Source of the DNA: a virus
Taxonomy: Duplodnaviria > Caudoviricetes
Virus record (IMG/VR): IMGVR_UViG_3300023184_000109
Coordinates: 1,826-65,825 of that record
Direction: 5' to 3' (one strand)
DNA length: 64,000 nucleotides
The notes beneath the pieces are model-generated. The model worked only from the letters and a program-made list of their open reading frames with translations, was not told where the DNA came from and did not search any database. Each line of letters starts with the position of its first letter. Positions within the stretch are counted from its first letter, which is position 1. Positions 29,301 to 37,630 of the stretch are shown in pieces. A program made the position numbers and the translations under genes.

Positions 29301-29683
29301 TTGGTATCACCAACTTTGGTAACAAAACACGCCAAGGCGCTACTACAGCACTGGATCGTATCAACGTGGCACGACTGGTTTGCTTCTTGCGTGGACGTCT
29401 GGAAGAAATTGGCAAACTGTATTTGTTTGAACCCAATGATCAGATCACACGTAATGAGATTACCAATACTGTAAACAGTTTGATGATTGACTTGATTGCT
29501 AAACGTGCCATTTATGACTACTTGGTGGTTTGTGACTTGAGTAACAACACAGCCGCACGTATTGACCGCAACGAGTTGTGGGTGGACGTGGCAATTGAAC
29601 CAGTAAAAGCAGTGGAGTTTATCTACATTCCGTTGCGTATCAAGAACACCGGTGAAATTGCAGGCGGCGGCGCAGCAGCATGA
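26357..29683 (+). CDS. gp18: Contractile tail sheath protein with large insertions (1108 aa)
   Basis: MALVSPGVEV, PWLAPAGTRRG, LYQNNINPI, ALDRINVARL, FEPND and KAVEFIYIP motifs; TAAATA at 26326. Confidence 0.92.
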   Translation: MALVSPGVEVQVIDESQYIPSAVNTVPYFLIATAQNKADAAGVGVAAGTTAANANKVYLITSQRDLAATYGVPFFYNTTTGTPINGYELNEYGLLAAYSSLGVTNRAYVQRVDIDLTELTASLSRPTGSPNNGTYWLDSSTTTWGVFQWNQTTAAFTNYAPIVITDTAEVVDYDGGDYTPLATIGSIGDYAVSAVSLENPMYYKNMDNDWVFVGSDDWKLSWYTLQGSVSNPNLTGFYNSNMYINGNLVPVPAGETVSAYSTAINVACPYGTSGFYTDVVDGKLTFYADSTATNDGSSASGGIISIQAGPNNGTNLLVALGISAIEYFAPEYFPGYSYQSPRWRTTDTTPHPTGSVWQNISAANNGMSLKIKQYSGALATFISQTTNVYSNDATANYALDPSGGGKNISVGTTYAVYNAMAMDWNPSSAFQIFERTALGATVVTGDVLNPTFTPGDEFQLTASESGSSTYTNYTVTVGGTTPQAFIAGVSAANIPYVSASVNSAGAVVLTHSQGGTMLVLDQTGTPITDAGFTATTIYVRPSNTTADQLVLSNWVTDPEFTYTVSTTEPDQNPVNGRLWYYSSVSDADIMIQDNGIWQGYQNVTNDTRGFDLTLTNASGPIIAADAPLTQNNAAESPLQYGDLWVDTGDLENYPKLYRWEQVSGTDQWVEVDTTDQTTSNGVLFADARWSTSGATNPVSDSLPTIESLLTSDHLDLDAPDPNLYPQGMLLWNTRRSGYNVKAFTTSYFTSTTYPDAGAYDAGDPTNNNNLPRYSYTWVTTSGNKANGAMYSGRQAQRHLVVKAMKAGIDTNLAAREEQNQFNLIAAPAYPELLLNLVALSNERANTLFCVGDTPMRLAGNGTDLSTYATDNNGLGLPTEDGLTVGSAYAAVFYPSCQTTDLSGNTVVAPSSHMMMRTILRSDAVSYPWLAPAGTRRGVIDNATAIGYIEAATGEFQQIAVSQGLRDVLYQNNINPITFIPGIGITNFGNKTRQGATTALDRINVARLVCFLRGRLEEIGKLYLFEPNDQITRNEITNTVNSLMIDLIAKRAIYDYLVVCDLSNNTAARIDRNELWVDVAIEPVKAVEFIYIPLRIKNTGEIAGGGAAA

Positions 29684-29718
29684 TGAAACAGGGGGCCTTT
29701 TACCAGGCCTCCATTTCA
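29684..29718 (+). terminator. Hairpin between sheath and tube genes
   Basis: Imperfect inverted repeat TGAAA-CAGGGGGCC...GGCCTCCA-TTTCA, followed by TAAATA at 29721. Confidence 0.4.
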
Positions 29719-29748
29719 GGTAAATAAACACAATAGGAGAAATAACAA

Positions 29749-30375
29749 ATGGCAGTTTCATCATTACAGAGAATGACAGTACCCTTGGCAAGCGATCAAA
29801 GCTCGACTACCCAAGGTCTGTTGATGCCCAAACTCAAATATCGCTTTAGAGTGATGTTTGAAAATCTTGGTGTGAGTACACCAAGAACTGAACTAACAAA
29901 ACAAGTTGTGAGTTTTGCTCGCCCTAATTTGACTTTTGAAGAAATTTCATTGCCCATTTACAACTCAACATTGAAACTGGCTGGACGTCATGCCTGGGCT
30001 GATACCACATGCAGTTTGCGTGATGATGCATCAGGTGCAGTCAGCAGACTGATTGGCGAACAACTGCAGAAACAAATGGACTTCTTAGAAATGAGTTCAG
30101 CCGCTTCTGGTATTGACTACAAGTTCACAACCAAAGTTGAAATACTTGACGGTGGCAACGGTGCCAATGAACCAGTTGTGTTGGAAACATGGGAACTGTA
30201 TGGTTGCTATTTGAAAGGCGCCAACTATGGTGATCTCAATTATGGCACAAACGAAGCAGCCACAATTGAATTAAGCATTGCTTACGACAACGCCAACCAA
30301 ACACCTGAAGGTACTGGAGTTGGTACCGAAGTTGGTAGAACTATTGGTGACGTGGTAACTGGCGCAGGCGTCTAA
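29749..30375 (+). CDS. gp19: Tail tube protein
   Basis: Follows the sheath gene; PKLKYRFRV, LAGRHAW and WELYGC...YGDLNY motifs. Confidence 0.8.
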   Translation: MAVSSLQRMTVPLASDQSSTTQGLLMPKLKYRFRVMFENLGVSTPRTELTKQVVSFARPNLTFEEISLPIYNSTLKLAGRHAWADTTCSLRDDASGAVSRLIGEQLQKQMDFLEMSSAASGIDYKFTTKVEILDGGNGANEPVVLETWELYGCYLKGANYGDLNYGTNEAATIELSIAYDNANQTPEGTGVGTEVGRTIGDVVTGAGV

Positions 30376-30377
30376 AT

Positions 30378-31556
30378 ATGCCTTCATTTGGCCAGGACTT
30401 TTTAAAAGGGTTCTACGGCAACAACAGCTTGCGTGACTATACTCACGCAAGCAAAACGTTTACCACAAACGCCTACGAACTCAAGCCTAGATTCAAATTT
30501 CTCTTTCACGTTAGTTTTACGCTCAACGTGCAAGAGATTCCTGCCTTGCGCGGCGCAATGGGCAATGATGATATCACAAGCCTGAGTTACATTGTCAAAA
30601 CAGTGGACCTACCAAAGTACACGATTGATAATGAAACACTAAGCCAATACAATCGCAAACGAGTTATACAAAAGAAAATCAATTACGATCCTTGTACTAT
30701 TGTGTTCCATGACGATGGTGGTGATGTGTCACGAAACATGTGGTACAACTACATGGCATACTACTACAAAGATCCAAGTCAACAATACCTGGCGCCCAAC
30801 AACACCAATGGCAGCATTGGTCCCAGTGCCAACAGACAAGCAGGCTTTGGGTACAATGCCAGAGATATCTACAACGATGTGCGACAAGTCAACGACTGGG
30901 GATACATTGGCGAATCATTCAATGATGGCACAAGTTCATCATCAGGCAAGCCACCATTTTTCCGCGATATAAGAATTTATGGCATGGATCAACACAAAGT
31001 TGCTGAGTATGTGCTAATCAATCCGCTGATCACAAACTGGAGTCACGATCAATACAGTTACGCCGAAGGTGGCGGCATTATGCAAAACAGCATGACCGTG
31101 GCCTATGAAACTGTAAAATACTACTCAGGTGCTGTGGGCAAACGTCAACAAGGTGGCGACACCAATGTACAAGGATTTGCTGATTCAGCACACTATGATA
31201 CTACTCCTAGTCCCTTGGCAAGACCCGGTGGTACTGCCACAGTATTTGGTCAAGGTGGGTTGTTGGATTCGGGTATTGGTATCCTGGAAGATTTGCAAAG
31301 TGGAAGTGTATTGGGCTTGATTGGTGCGGCACAAAAAGCTGGGCGTACTTACAACACGTTCAAAGGCAAGAACTTGGCAGCCATCACCAAGAGTGAAGCA
31401 TTGGCCATTGGTAAGAACACTGTTATTCAAGCCTTGCCTGGAGCAACCAGATCCGTGGCCAACAAGGCTGATGGTTGGATATTTCCACAGGCGCAAGCAC
31501 AACGTCAGGCAGCCGCGCAAGCGCAAGGTAGAAACAATCCCAACACCGGAGCATAA
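30378..31556 (+). CDS. Tail-tube-fold baseplate/tube initiator protein (gp48/gp54-like)
   Basis: VKTVDLPKY, YNRKR, YDPCTIVFHDD and LINPLITNWSHD motifs, downstream of the tube gene. Confidence 0.55.
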   Translation: MPSFGQDFLKGFYGNNSLRDYTHASKTFTTNAYELKPRFKFLFHVSFTLNVQEIPALRGAMGNDDITSLSYIVKTVDLPKYTIDNETLSQYNRKRVIQKKINYDPCTIVFHDDGGDVSRNMWYNYMAYYYKDPSQQYLAPNNTNGSIGPSANRQAGFGYNARDIYNDVRQVNDWGYIGESFNDGTSSSSGKPPFFRDIRIYGMDQHKVAEYVLINPLITNWSHDQYSYAEGGGIMQNSMTVAYETVKYYSGAVGKRQQGGDTNVQGFADSAHYDTTPSPLARPGGTATVFGQGGLLDSGIGILEDLQSGSVLGLIGAAQKAGRTYNTFKGKNLAAITKSEALAIGKNTVIQALPGATRSVANKADGWIFPQAQAQRQAAAQAQGRNNPNTGA

Positions 31557-31559
31557 TCT

Positions 31560-31919
31560 GTGAGTACAGTAAATTACGCCAATCCCAATACGGATTTAAC
31601 TGTTAGAGTATTTGACAGTTTTTATGATTATGACGTCAACGTACCAGTCAACGAGTATGATGTGGTACACAGTTATTTTCTCACACAGATGACATCACGA
31701 GTGGCGGCCGGTAACTTTACCATTAGCTTGTTTAGAGTTGCTGACAGCACTGGCATACCTGCACTGACATTGTTGCAAGAAATGCAAGGCAATAACGGTG
31801 TCAACATTGATGTCAACATGGCCTACTACCTGAATCAAATTCGCAGCCGAGCCACACTGTTGGGTGTGGGGGTTGCAGTAACTCCCAACTTTTATCAAGC
31901 CAGAAACATACTGACATGA
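31560..31919 (+). CDS. Hypothetical protein in the tail operon
   Basis: GTG start after SD GGAG; ATGA overlap with the next gene. Confidence 0.6.
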   Translation: MSTVNYANPNTDLTVRVFDSFYDYDVNVPVNEYDVVHSYFLTQMTSRVAAGNFTISLFRVADSTGIPALTLLQEMQGNNGVNIDVNMAYYLNQIRSRATLLGVGVAVTPNFYQARNILT

Positions 31920-32347
31920 GTCGCTGGGCACAAGGTGATTATACCATACTCAACCGTGAAAAATATGCGGGCAACGGTACTCCACGTTACCGATCAGGTT
32001 GGGAGCTCAGCTTCATGAAGTTCTGTGACAGCAATGACAATGTGTTGCAGTGGGCCAGTGAAAGCATTGCCATTCCCTATCGTCATCCACTCACAGGCAA
32101 GATGACACAGTACATTCCAGACTTCCTGATCACGTACCGCACAAGAGACAACACAATCAAGGCCGAGTTGATTGAAATCAAGCCCAAAAAACAGAGTGTG
32201 ATTGAATCAAAAATGTCAAATCGAGACCGTGCTGTGGTAGCAATCAACTACAGCAAATGGGATGCTGCCACCAAATGGGCACGCCGTAACGGCTTGACTT
32301 TTAGAGTCATAACCGAGAACGATATGTTTGCAAACGGTCGAGCATGA
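31916..32347 (+). CDS. gp4: Head completion nuclease (T4 gp4/TnsA-N-like)
   Basis: YRSGWE, WASESIAIPY, YIPDF, IEIKP, KWDAA and FRVITE motifs. Confidence 0.85.
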   Translation: MSRWAQGDYTILNREKYAGNGTPRYRSGWELSFMKFCDSNDNVLQWASESIAIPYRHPLTGKMTQYIPDFLITYRTRDNTIKAELIEIKPKKQSVIESKMSNRDRAVVAINYSKWDAATKWARRNGLTFRVITENDMFANGRA

Positions 32348-32361
32348 CCACTAAATAGGGC

Positions 32362-32880
32362 ATGACCCGTAAACTCGAAGAACTTTTTGATTTACCTCCC
32401 GCAGCGGAGGCCCCTGCTGAGCCCGCAACACAGCCTGCAGAAGACTTTCGTACTCAACTACAAACCTTAGACGACAACATAGACAAAATTGACTCGGCCT
32501 TGCCTGGAGTGCGTGGTCTAGAAGCCAATGACGAAGAAATGGACGGGTTGGCTGACTTGGCCAAAAGCAGTTACAATGATCTAATGGATCTGGGCATGCA
32601 AGTGGATTCAAGATTTGCCAGTGAAATATTCTCAGTAGCCAGCAACATGTTGGGGCATGCCATCACAGCAAAAACAGCCAAGATGGACAAAAAGCTCAAA
32701 ATGATCGACTTGCAGTTGAAAAAAATGCGCCTGGATCAGCAACAAGCCATGATAGATGCCAAGTCTGCAGATGCCGGAACCGGTGAAAACATGCAAACAG
32801 CACAGGGCATGGTGCTGAGTCGTAACGATCTACTGGACCGCTTGATACGTGGTAAAGATCAAAATGACAAAAAAGAATAA
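32362..32880 (+). CDS. Helical protein, possible terminase small subunit
   Basis: Coiled-coil with C-terminal LSRNDLL reminiscent of gp16-like proteins; late promoter directly upstream. Confidence 0.4.
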   Translation: MTRKLEELFDLPPAAEAPAEPATQPAEDFRTQLQTLDDNIDKIDSALPGVRGLEANDEEMDGLADLAKSSYNDLMDLGMQVDSRFASEIFSVASNMLGHAITAKTAKMDKKLKMIDLQLKKMRLDQQQAMIDAKSADAGTGENMQTAQGMVLSRNDLLDRLIRGKDQNDKKE

Positions 32881-32900
32881 ATATGATACAGGAACCTGAT

Positions 32901-33509
32901 ATGAAAAATTTTGCCCATTACCTAGCCGAAAGCGAACGTACATACAACTATCGTATCAAACTGCTGGGTAAACCACCTGGCGATTTGGTATCACAGTTGA
33001 AGAAAAAGCTGGATCAATTTGATCCTGTAAAAATGGGTGATCCCAAGACCACCCCTATACAGGTCATACCAACTGACTTCCCCAACAACAAAAATGATAG
33101 TGTAACAATGTTTGATGTCAGCTTTAAGTACCCAGCCATTGAACCACAGATCAAACAGCTGGCACAGTTGCTGGGCTTTGACCCCAATCACATCATCATG
33201 CAAACCACACCACACGTGGATGGACTTGTAGACGAGTATGAACGTATTGATGCCCAAGGCAAAGACTTGCTGGGTGATCCAGACTATCCTGCTCCTGACG
33301 CTGAACAAAAGGCCTTGAGCAAAGATTACGCAACTGGTCCTTATGACCATGCTGTGTTGAAAAATGCATACCGCAGTGATTTCACAGTGGCTGGTGGTAA
33401 GACACCGCCTGCCAAAACCACAAATGATATTCCAACGGGTGATAAGAGCCCAATGAGCAAGATCAATCGCCCCGCAAAGCCAGCCACTGGCGCCAACCCA
33501 AGAGGATAA
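32901..33509 (+). CDS. Putative head-associated protein
   Basis: Starts MKNFAHYLAE, which resembles a capsid-targeting sequence; SD AGGA. Confidence 0.55.
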   Translation: MKNFAHYLAESERTYNYRIKLLGKPPGDLVSQLKKKLDQFDPVKMGDPKTTPIQVIPTDFPNNKNDSVTMFDVSFKYPAIEPQIKQLAQLLGFDPNHIIMQTTPHVDGLVDEYERIDAQGKDLLGDPDYPAPDAEQKALSKDYATGPYDHAVLKNAYRSDFTVAGGKTPPAKTTNDIPTGDKSPMSKINRPAKPATGANPRG

Positions 33510-33513
33510 TACA

Positions 33514-36330
33514 ATGAGTTTCTTTTACGATTTAAACAAAAAACTAGACGGCATTCGTGCCACTCCCGAAGTCACACATCAGCAACTGAATGAGCGTGAC
33601 ATGGGCAAGCACAACAATGCCACCACAGGTTTCAAAGCCTTGGCTGCCAAAGCTGCCAAAGAATACGGCAGCAAGGCTGCTGGTGAGCGTGTGGCTGGTG
33701 CTGTCAAGGCCAAGATGGCCAAGGCTGGCAAACTGGAAGAAGAACAAGTGGATGAAGTAGTTCGTGCTGGTTCTATAGTTAACCCAAACTTAGGTATATT
33801 GGCTCGTCCGCAAACACAGCAAGACAGAGATAGTCTTGCATTTGCAGTTAAGAGAGGAAGAGAAGTCAATCGCATGCCTCCCACTGATAACGATGTGCAT
33901 CCAAGAAGCGGTGCAAAGAGTGGCGGCGGTCTTGGTCGTACTTACACACAAAATACAAACACAGATGCAAATCGTACATTTGTAAGCAGAGAACGAGGCG
34001 GTCCTAAAATGACGCATAAGTCACTGCCAAAAACTTGGCAACAAGGTGAACCTACCGCAAATGACGGAAAAGGTCTTGAAGAAGGCCCATTGGATGCAGT
34101 TAAAAAGATTGGCAAGAAGGTTGCCAGCGGTGTCAACCGACTGGTTGGCCATGGCTCGGATGAAGATATGATCAAGGACTTACAACGCAAGTCAGGGGCT
34201 CCTGTCACAGGCAAGAAGCCAGAACAGAGAAGCATGCGCGAAGCTGCTGCTCCTGTTGATTATGAAAAAGTGCTAGAGGCTATTGCTGCATTGTATGGTG
34301 ATGACATGTGGGACAACGATGCCATGGGCGACCTGGCACAAGATCTTGAACAAGCTGGACCAACTGATCGAGAATTAGATTTTATTATTGCCAAAGGCAA
34401 GTTACCAACACGTTTAAAGAGTATTAGATTCACCAACACAGACGATGTTCAATTTGGCCATCTAGACGAAAAAAGTAGTGCTCCAATGTCCAGCAAACAA
34501 AAGTCATTTGCTGCCCTGGCGCCACCTGCAAACAAAATCACTTTTGCCGACAAGATCGCCGGCGCCAAAAAAGAAGTTGACGAAATGCTGGGCGATGTGG
34601 CTGCCGAAGCCATGCGCAGTGCATTGAGTGGTGGTCAAAAGAAAATTGACATGAACAAAAATGGCAAATTAGATGCCAATGATTTTGCTATGTTGCGTAA
34701 AGGTGCCAAGTCCAGCAGCAAGGACGAGATGGCCGAAGATCAGCCCACACAGTTTGAAGTGCATTACAAAGACAATCAAAAAGGTCGTACAGCAAAAACC
34801 AAAGTCAAAGGGTCTGATGCCAAGCAAGCAAAAGCAGCTTGGAATGACTGGAACAGTAGCAATACACCAGGCCGTTTTACTTTTGTAGCAGTAAAACCTG
34901 TGGCTGCCGAGATGGACGAAGAACGTTCCAAAGGCACTGCGTTTGACATGAACACGCCAAGAGCCGCTGCTCCCAAAGTTGGCAGCATTGAACGTGGTAC
35001 CAAGCATGATATCAAGCACACCGCCACAGGCCGTATGGTAACACGTCGTACAGATGACCAAGGCAACAGTGTTGGTGCAGATGATGACAGCGAAGCCAGC
35101 GGAGAAAAGCGTGGACGTGGACGTCCCAAGGGCACAAAGGGTGCCATTGGTGCCAAAGGACCCAGCGGCCGGTCTAAGTTGATGACTCGTGAAGGTGACA
35201 ATGAAGGCAGTGAATTAAAAGCCGCCATGATGTTGTTGAAGAAATCTGGTTACAAAGTTACCAAAGCAGTGGGAGAAGAAAGCACTCACACTCGTGATGA
35301 CCATGCTGAAAAAGCTGGCAAAAAAGTCACCAAAGACATCGAGTACGATGAAAAGAAAAAAGATGGCATCACCGGTAAAAAGCGTGGGCCTGAAGATGCC
35401 AAGGCTGAAAAAGCTGGCAAGAAGGTAGCAAAAGACATCGAGTACGATGAAAAGAAAAAAGACAAAAAAGAAGAAGAAGTTGATGAGTCAACCACTAGTG
35501 GATCAGTTGCTACCAGCACTGCCACAAAAAGCAGCGGTGGCAGCATGGTCGGCAAAGGCATTTATGACTCAATGAATCGCGAACTGGAAAACATGATCGC
35601 TGAATCAATGAGCATTAACATGAGTGACTCCACTGAAGGCGGCAAGAGTTTGACCATAACTGCCACAGATGAAGATGCACTGAAGCTGGGCATGATGTTG
35701 AAGAATGCCGGACTTGGTGGCGGAGATGCACACGGTGGTGACATGCACTCACCAGGTGAAGAGCCATGTGAAACATGCGGCATGCCTGATTGCGGTTGCG
35801 GTGATGTTGAACAAGCAGTGGATGAAAATGCTCCAGACTGGCCCACCAACACTGAAACATCTCCCAATGCATTGCAATACTCAGGTGGCTTGAACAAGCC
35901 CAAGGCAGATGTTGCTGGCAACGGACAATCAACTGTGCCAGTTGTGGCTACTCGTCCACACAATGAAGATGACGACATGCGCAGAATGATGGAAATGGCT
36001 GGTATCAAACAAGCTGAACTTGAGCCATGGGAACAGACCATGAAAGAAGATGCTGTTACAGACGCTGATGCTGCTGAAGATGCTGCTGACGAAACCGAAG
36101 ATTCTGAAGTTCAAGAAGACTTCCTTGAAAGCATTCAACGCATGCGAGAAATTGCCGGCATCAAAGAAGCCAAAAAAGATGTTGATCAAAACGGCGATGG
36201 CAAGAACGATTTTGAAGATATAAAAATTGCTCGCATGAAAGCCAGCGGCGCCATCAAAGACAAAGAAGAAAAGAAAGTTGATGAAAGCATTTTTGCTCTC
36301 ACCAACCAATGGAAGGCCTACAAGGGGTAA
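33514..36330 (+). CDS. Mosaic charged protein (938 aa), putative internal head/core polyprotein
   Basis: Recurrent (V/L/M/I)-x-E sites between unrelated modules, two EF-hand-like loops, an AT-hook KRGRGRPKG and CETCGMPDCGC. Confidence 0.6.
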   Translation: MSFFYDLNKKLDGIRATPEVTHQQLNERDMGKHNNATTGFKALAAKAAKEYGSKAAGERVAGAVKAKMAKAGKLEEEQVDEVVRAGSIVNPNLGILARPQTQQDRDSLAFAVKRGREVNRMPPTDNDVHPRSGAKSGGGLGRTYTQNTNTDANRTFVSRERGGPKMTHKSLPKTWQQGEPTANDGKGLEEGPLDAVKKIGKKVASGVNRLVGHGSDEDMIKDLQRKSGAPVTGKKPEQRSMREAAAPVDYEKVLEAIAALYGDDMWDNDAMGDLAQDLEQAGPTDRELDFIIAKGKLPTRLKSIRFTNTDDVQFGHLDEKSSAPMSSKQKSFAALAPPANKITFADKIAGAKKEVDEMLGDVAAEAMRSALSGGQKKIDMNKNGKLDANDFAMLRKGAKSSSKDEMAEDQPTQFEVHYKDNQKGRTAKTKVKGSDAKQAKAAWNDWNSSNTPGRFTFVAVKPVAAEMDEERSKGTAFDMNTPRAAAPKVGSIERGTKHDIKHTATGRMVTRRTDDQGNSVGADDDSEASGEKRGRGRPKGTKGAIGAKGPSGRSKLMTREGDNEGSELKAAMMLLKKSGYKVTKAVGEESTHTRDDHAEKAGKKVTKDIEYDEKKKDGITGKKRGPEDAKAEKAGKKVAKDIEYDEKKKDKKEEEVDESTTSGSVATSTATKSSGGSMVGKGIYDSMNRELENMIAESMSINMSDSTEGGKSLTITATDEDALKLGMMLKNAGLGGGDAHGGDMHSPGEEPCETCGMPDCGCGDVEQAVDENAPDWPTNTETSPNALQYSGGLNKPKADVAGNGQSTVPVVATRPHNEDDDMRRMMEMAGIKQAELEPWEQTMKEDAVTDADAAEDAADETEDSEVQEDFLESIQRMREIAGIKEAKKDVDQNGDGKNDFEDIKIARMKASGAIKDKEEKKVDESIFALTNQWKAYKG
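35305..35462 (+). repeat. Imperfect direct repeat (99-bp period) encoding AEKAGKKVxKDIEYDEKKKD
   Basis: Copies begin at 35305 and 35404. Confidence 0.85.
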
Positions 36331-36333
36331 ACA

Positions 36334-36522
36334 ATGAGCACAAACAACATGATGAGACCTTACAGTGAAGTGGCAGCAGAACTTGCACAACGCAATGCCA
36401 ACAATTATGTGCCACCCCCTGTGCCAAGCGTGAAACAAACACCTGTGGAAATCCCAGGGGTGATGTATCAAGCACGAGAACTATTTCAACCCATAGTTTC
36501 TAAACCTCAAGGTGACCAATAA
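36334..36522 (+). CDS. Small hypothetical protein
   Basis: 62 aa, in operon, TAATG-coupled to the next gene. Confidence 0.55.
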   Translation: MSTNNMMRPYSEVAAELAQRNANNYVPPPVPSVKQTPVEIPGVMYQARELFQPIVSKPQGDQ

Positions 36523-36851
36523 TGGCTGTTCAAGTTGTAAATGCAGTAGGAAACACACTGTGGACCACTGACAAAGTGGAATTTGCCACCACACTCAGCA
36601 ATGTGACATTTCAAGTCAGTGCTGTGCAGTTGACCTATGCTCAGGCCAATGGCACACCAGCCAATGCCACCATGCCCGCAGGTCTACCAGGCAACATCTA
36701 TGCCAATGCTGTGGCTGTGCCTGGCAACACTGTGTCACAATACTATGTGGGTGCAGGCAACTATTTGTATATTCTCACAGGTACTGGCGGATTTACTGCC
36801 ACTGCATTGGGCACTGCAACCAGTGCCACTGCTGGCAGCAACGGAATCTAA
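36522..36851 (+). CDS. Small virion protein
   Basis: 109 aa, Ala/Thr/Gly-rich. Confidence 0.55.
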   Translation: MAVQVVNAVGNTLWTTDKVEFATTLSNVTFQVSAVQLTYAQANGTPANATMPAGLPGNIYANAVAVPGNTVSQYYVGAGNYLYILTGTGGFTATALGTATSATAGSNGI

Positions 36852-36853
36852 CA

Positions 36854-37228
36854 GTGAGAGCCACTGAGTTCCTTGTTGAAAAACAACAAGGTCACATGCG
36901 TCATAGATATCACCAGGCCACCCGTGGACTAAACAAGTTCCGTGACCCAGGTGGGTATGATCGTGCCTATGAACTCAATCGTGTGATGATGGCAGTGGCC
37001 TGTGCTGATGGCAGTGATAAACCTATAGACATGGACTCGGCCAGTTGGGTAGGCAAATACAACACAGCAAATCCGTACACTGATGAAGAATCAAAAATGA
37101 TGAAGCAGGCATTCAAAGCTGTGGGCAGCGAAACACATGACATGAATCATGGCGATAATCGCAGCCAAGAGCCTGGTGATACAAACAAAATCAGTCCGGT
37201 AGTAGCATTCAAAGGATATCCCCGATGA
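36854..37228 (+). CDS. Putative internal head protein, paralog A
   Basis: Starts MRATEFLVE; YELNRVMMAVA and C-terminal SPVVAFKGYPR are shared with the next gene. Confidence 0.6.
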   Translation: MRATEFLVEKQQGHMRHRYHQATRGLNKFRDPGGYDRAYELNRVMMAVACADGSDKPIDMDSASWVGKYNTANPYTDEESKMMKQAFKAVGSETHDMNHGDNRSQEPGDTNKISPVVAFKGYPR

Positions 37229-37611
37229 GAGCTAGAGAATTCCTCAAAGAAGAAACAACATTGCCTCCTGAACAAGCAGATCCCATGAATCACGTGTTTA
37301 CATTGCCTGGAGTAAAATCTAGCGACCCATATCAGATTTATCGACTGGGTGTGGCCATGGCTCGTGCCAGAAGTGATGCTGGAACGGATAATCCAATTCC
37401 ATTCATGCCAGAATGGTCAGCAGCAGCCGCATTTGGAGAAGATGCGGTGGTTGCTGGTTTTAATGCCACTGTTGAACCCATAATTGACCAAGCATTGAAA
37501 ATGGCCGGCTTGCCTGCTAAAAAAATACAAATCAGCACACCAAACAGTTTAGAACCTGCATCTGTGTTAAAACAAAGTCCTGTCAAGCCATTTGCTGGCT
37601 ACCCCCGTTAA
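37225..37611 (+). CDS. Putative internal head protein, paralog B
   Basis: Starts MRAREFLKE; YQIYRLGVAMA and C-terminal SPVKPFAGYPR. Confidence 0.6.
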   Translation: MRAREFLKEETTLPPEQADPMNHVFTLPGVKSSDPYQIYRLGVAMARARSDAGTDNPIPFMPEWSAAAAFGEDAVVAGFNATVEPIIDQALKMAGLPAKKIQISTPNSLEPASVLKQSPVKPFAGYPR

Positions 37612-37630
37612 CCAATCAATAAATATCCAT

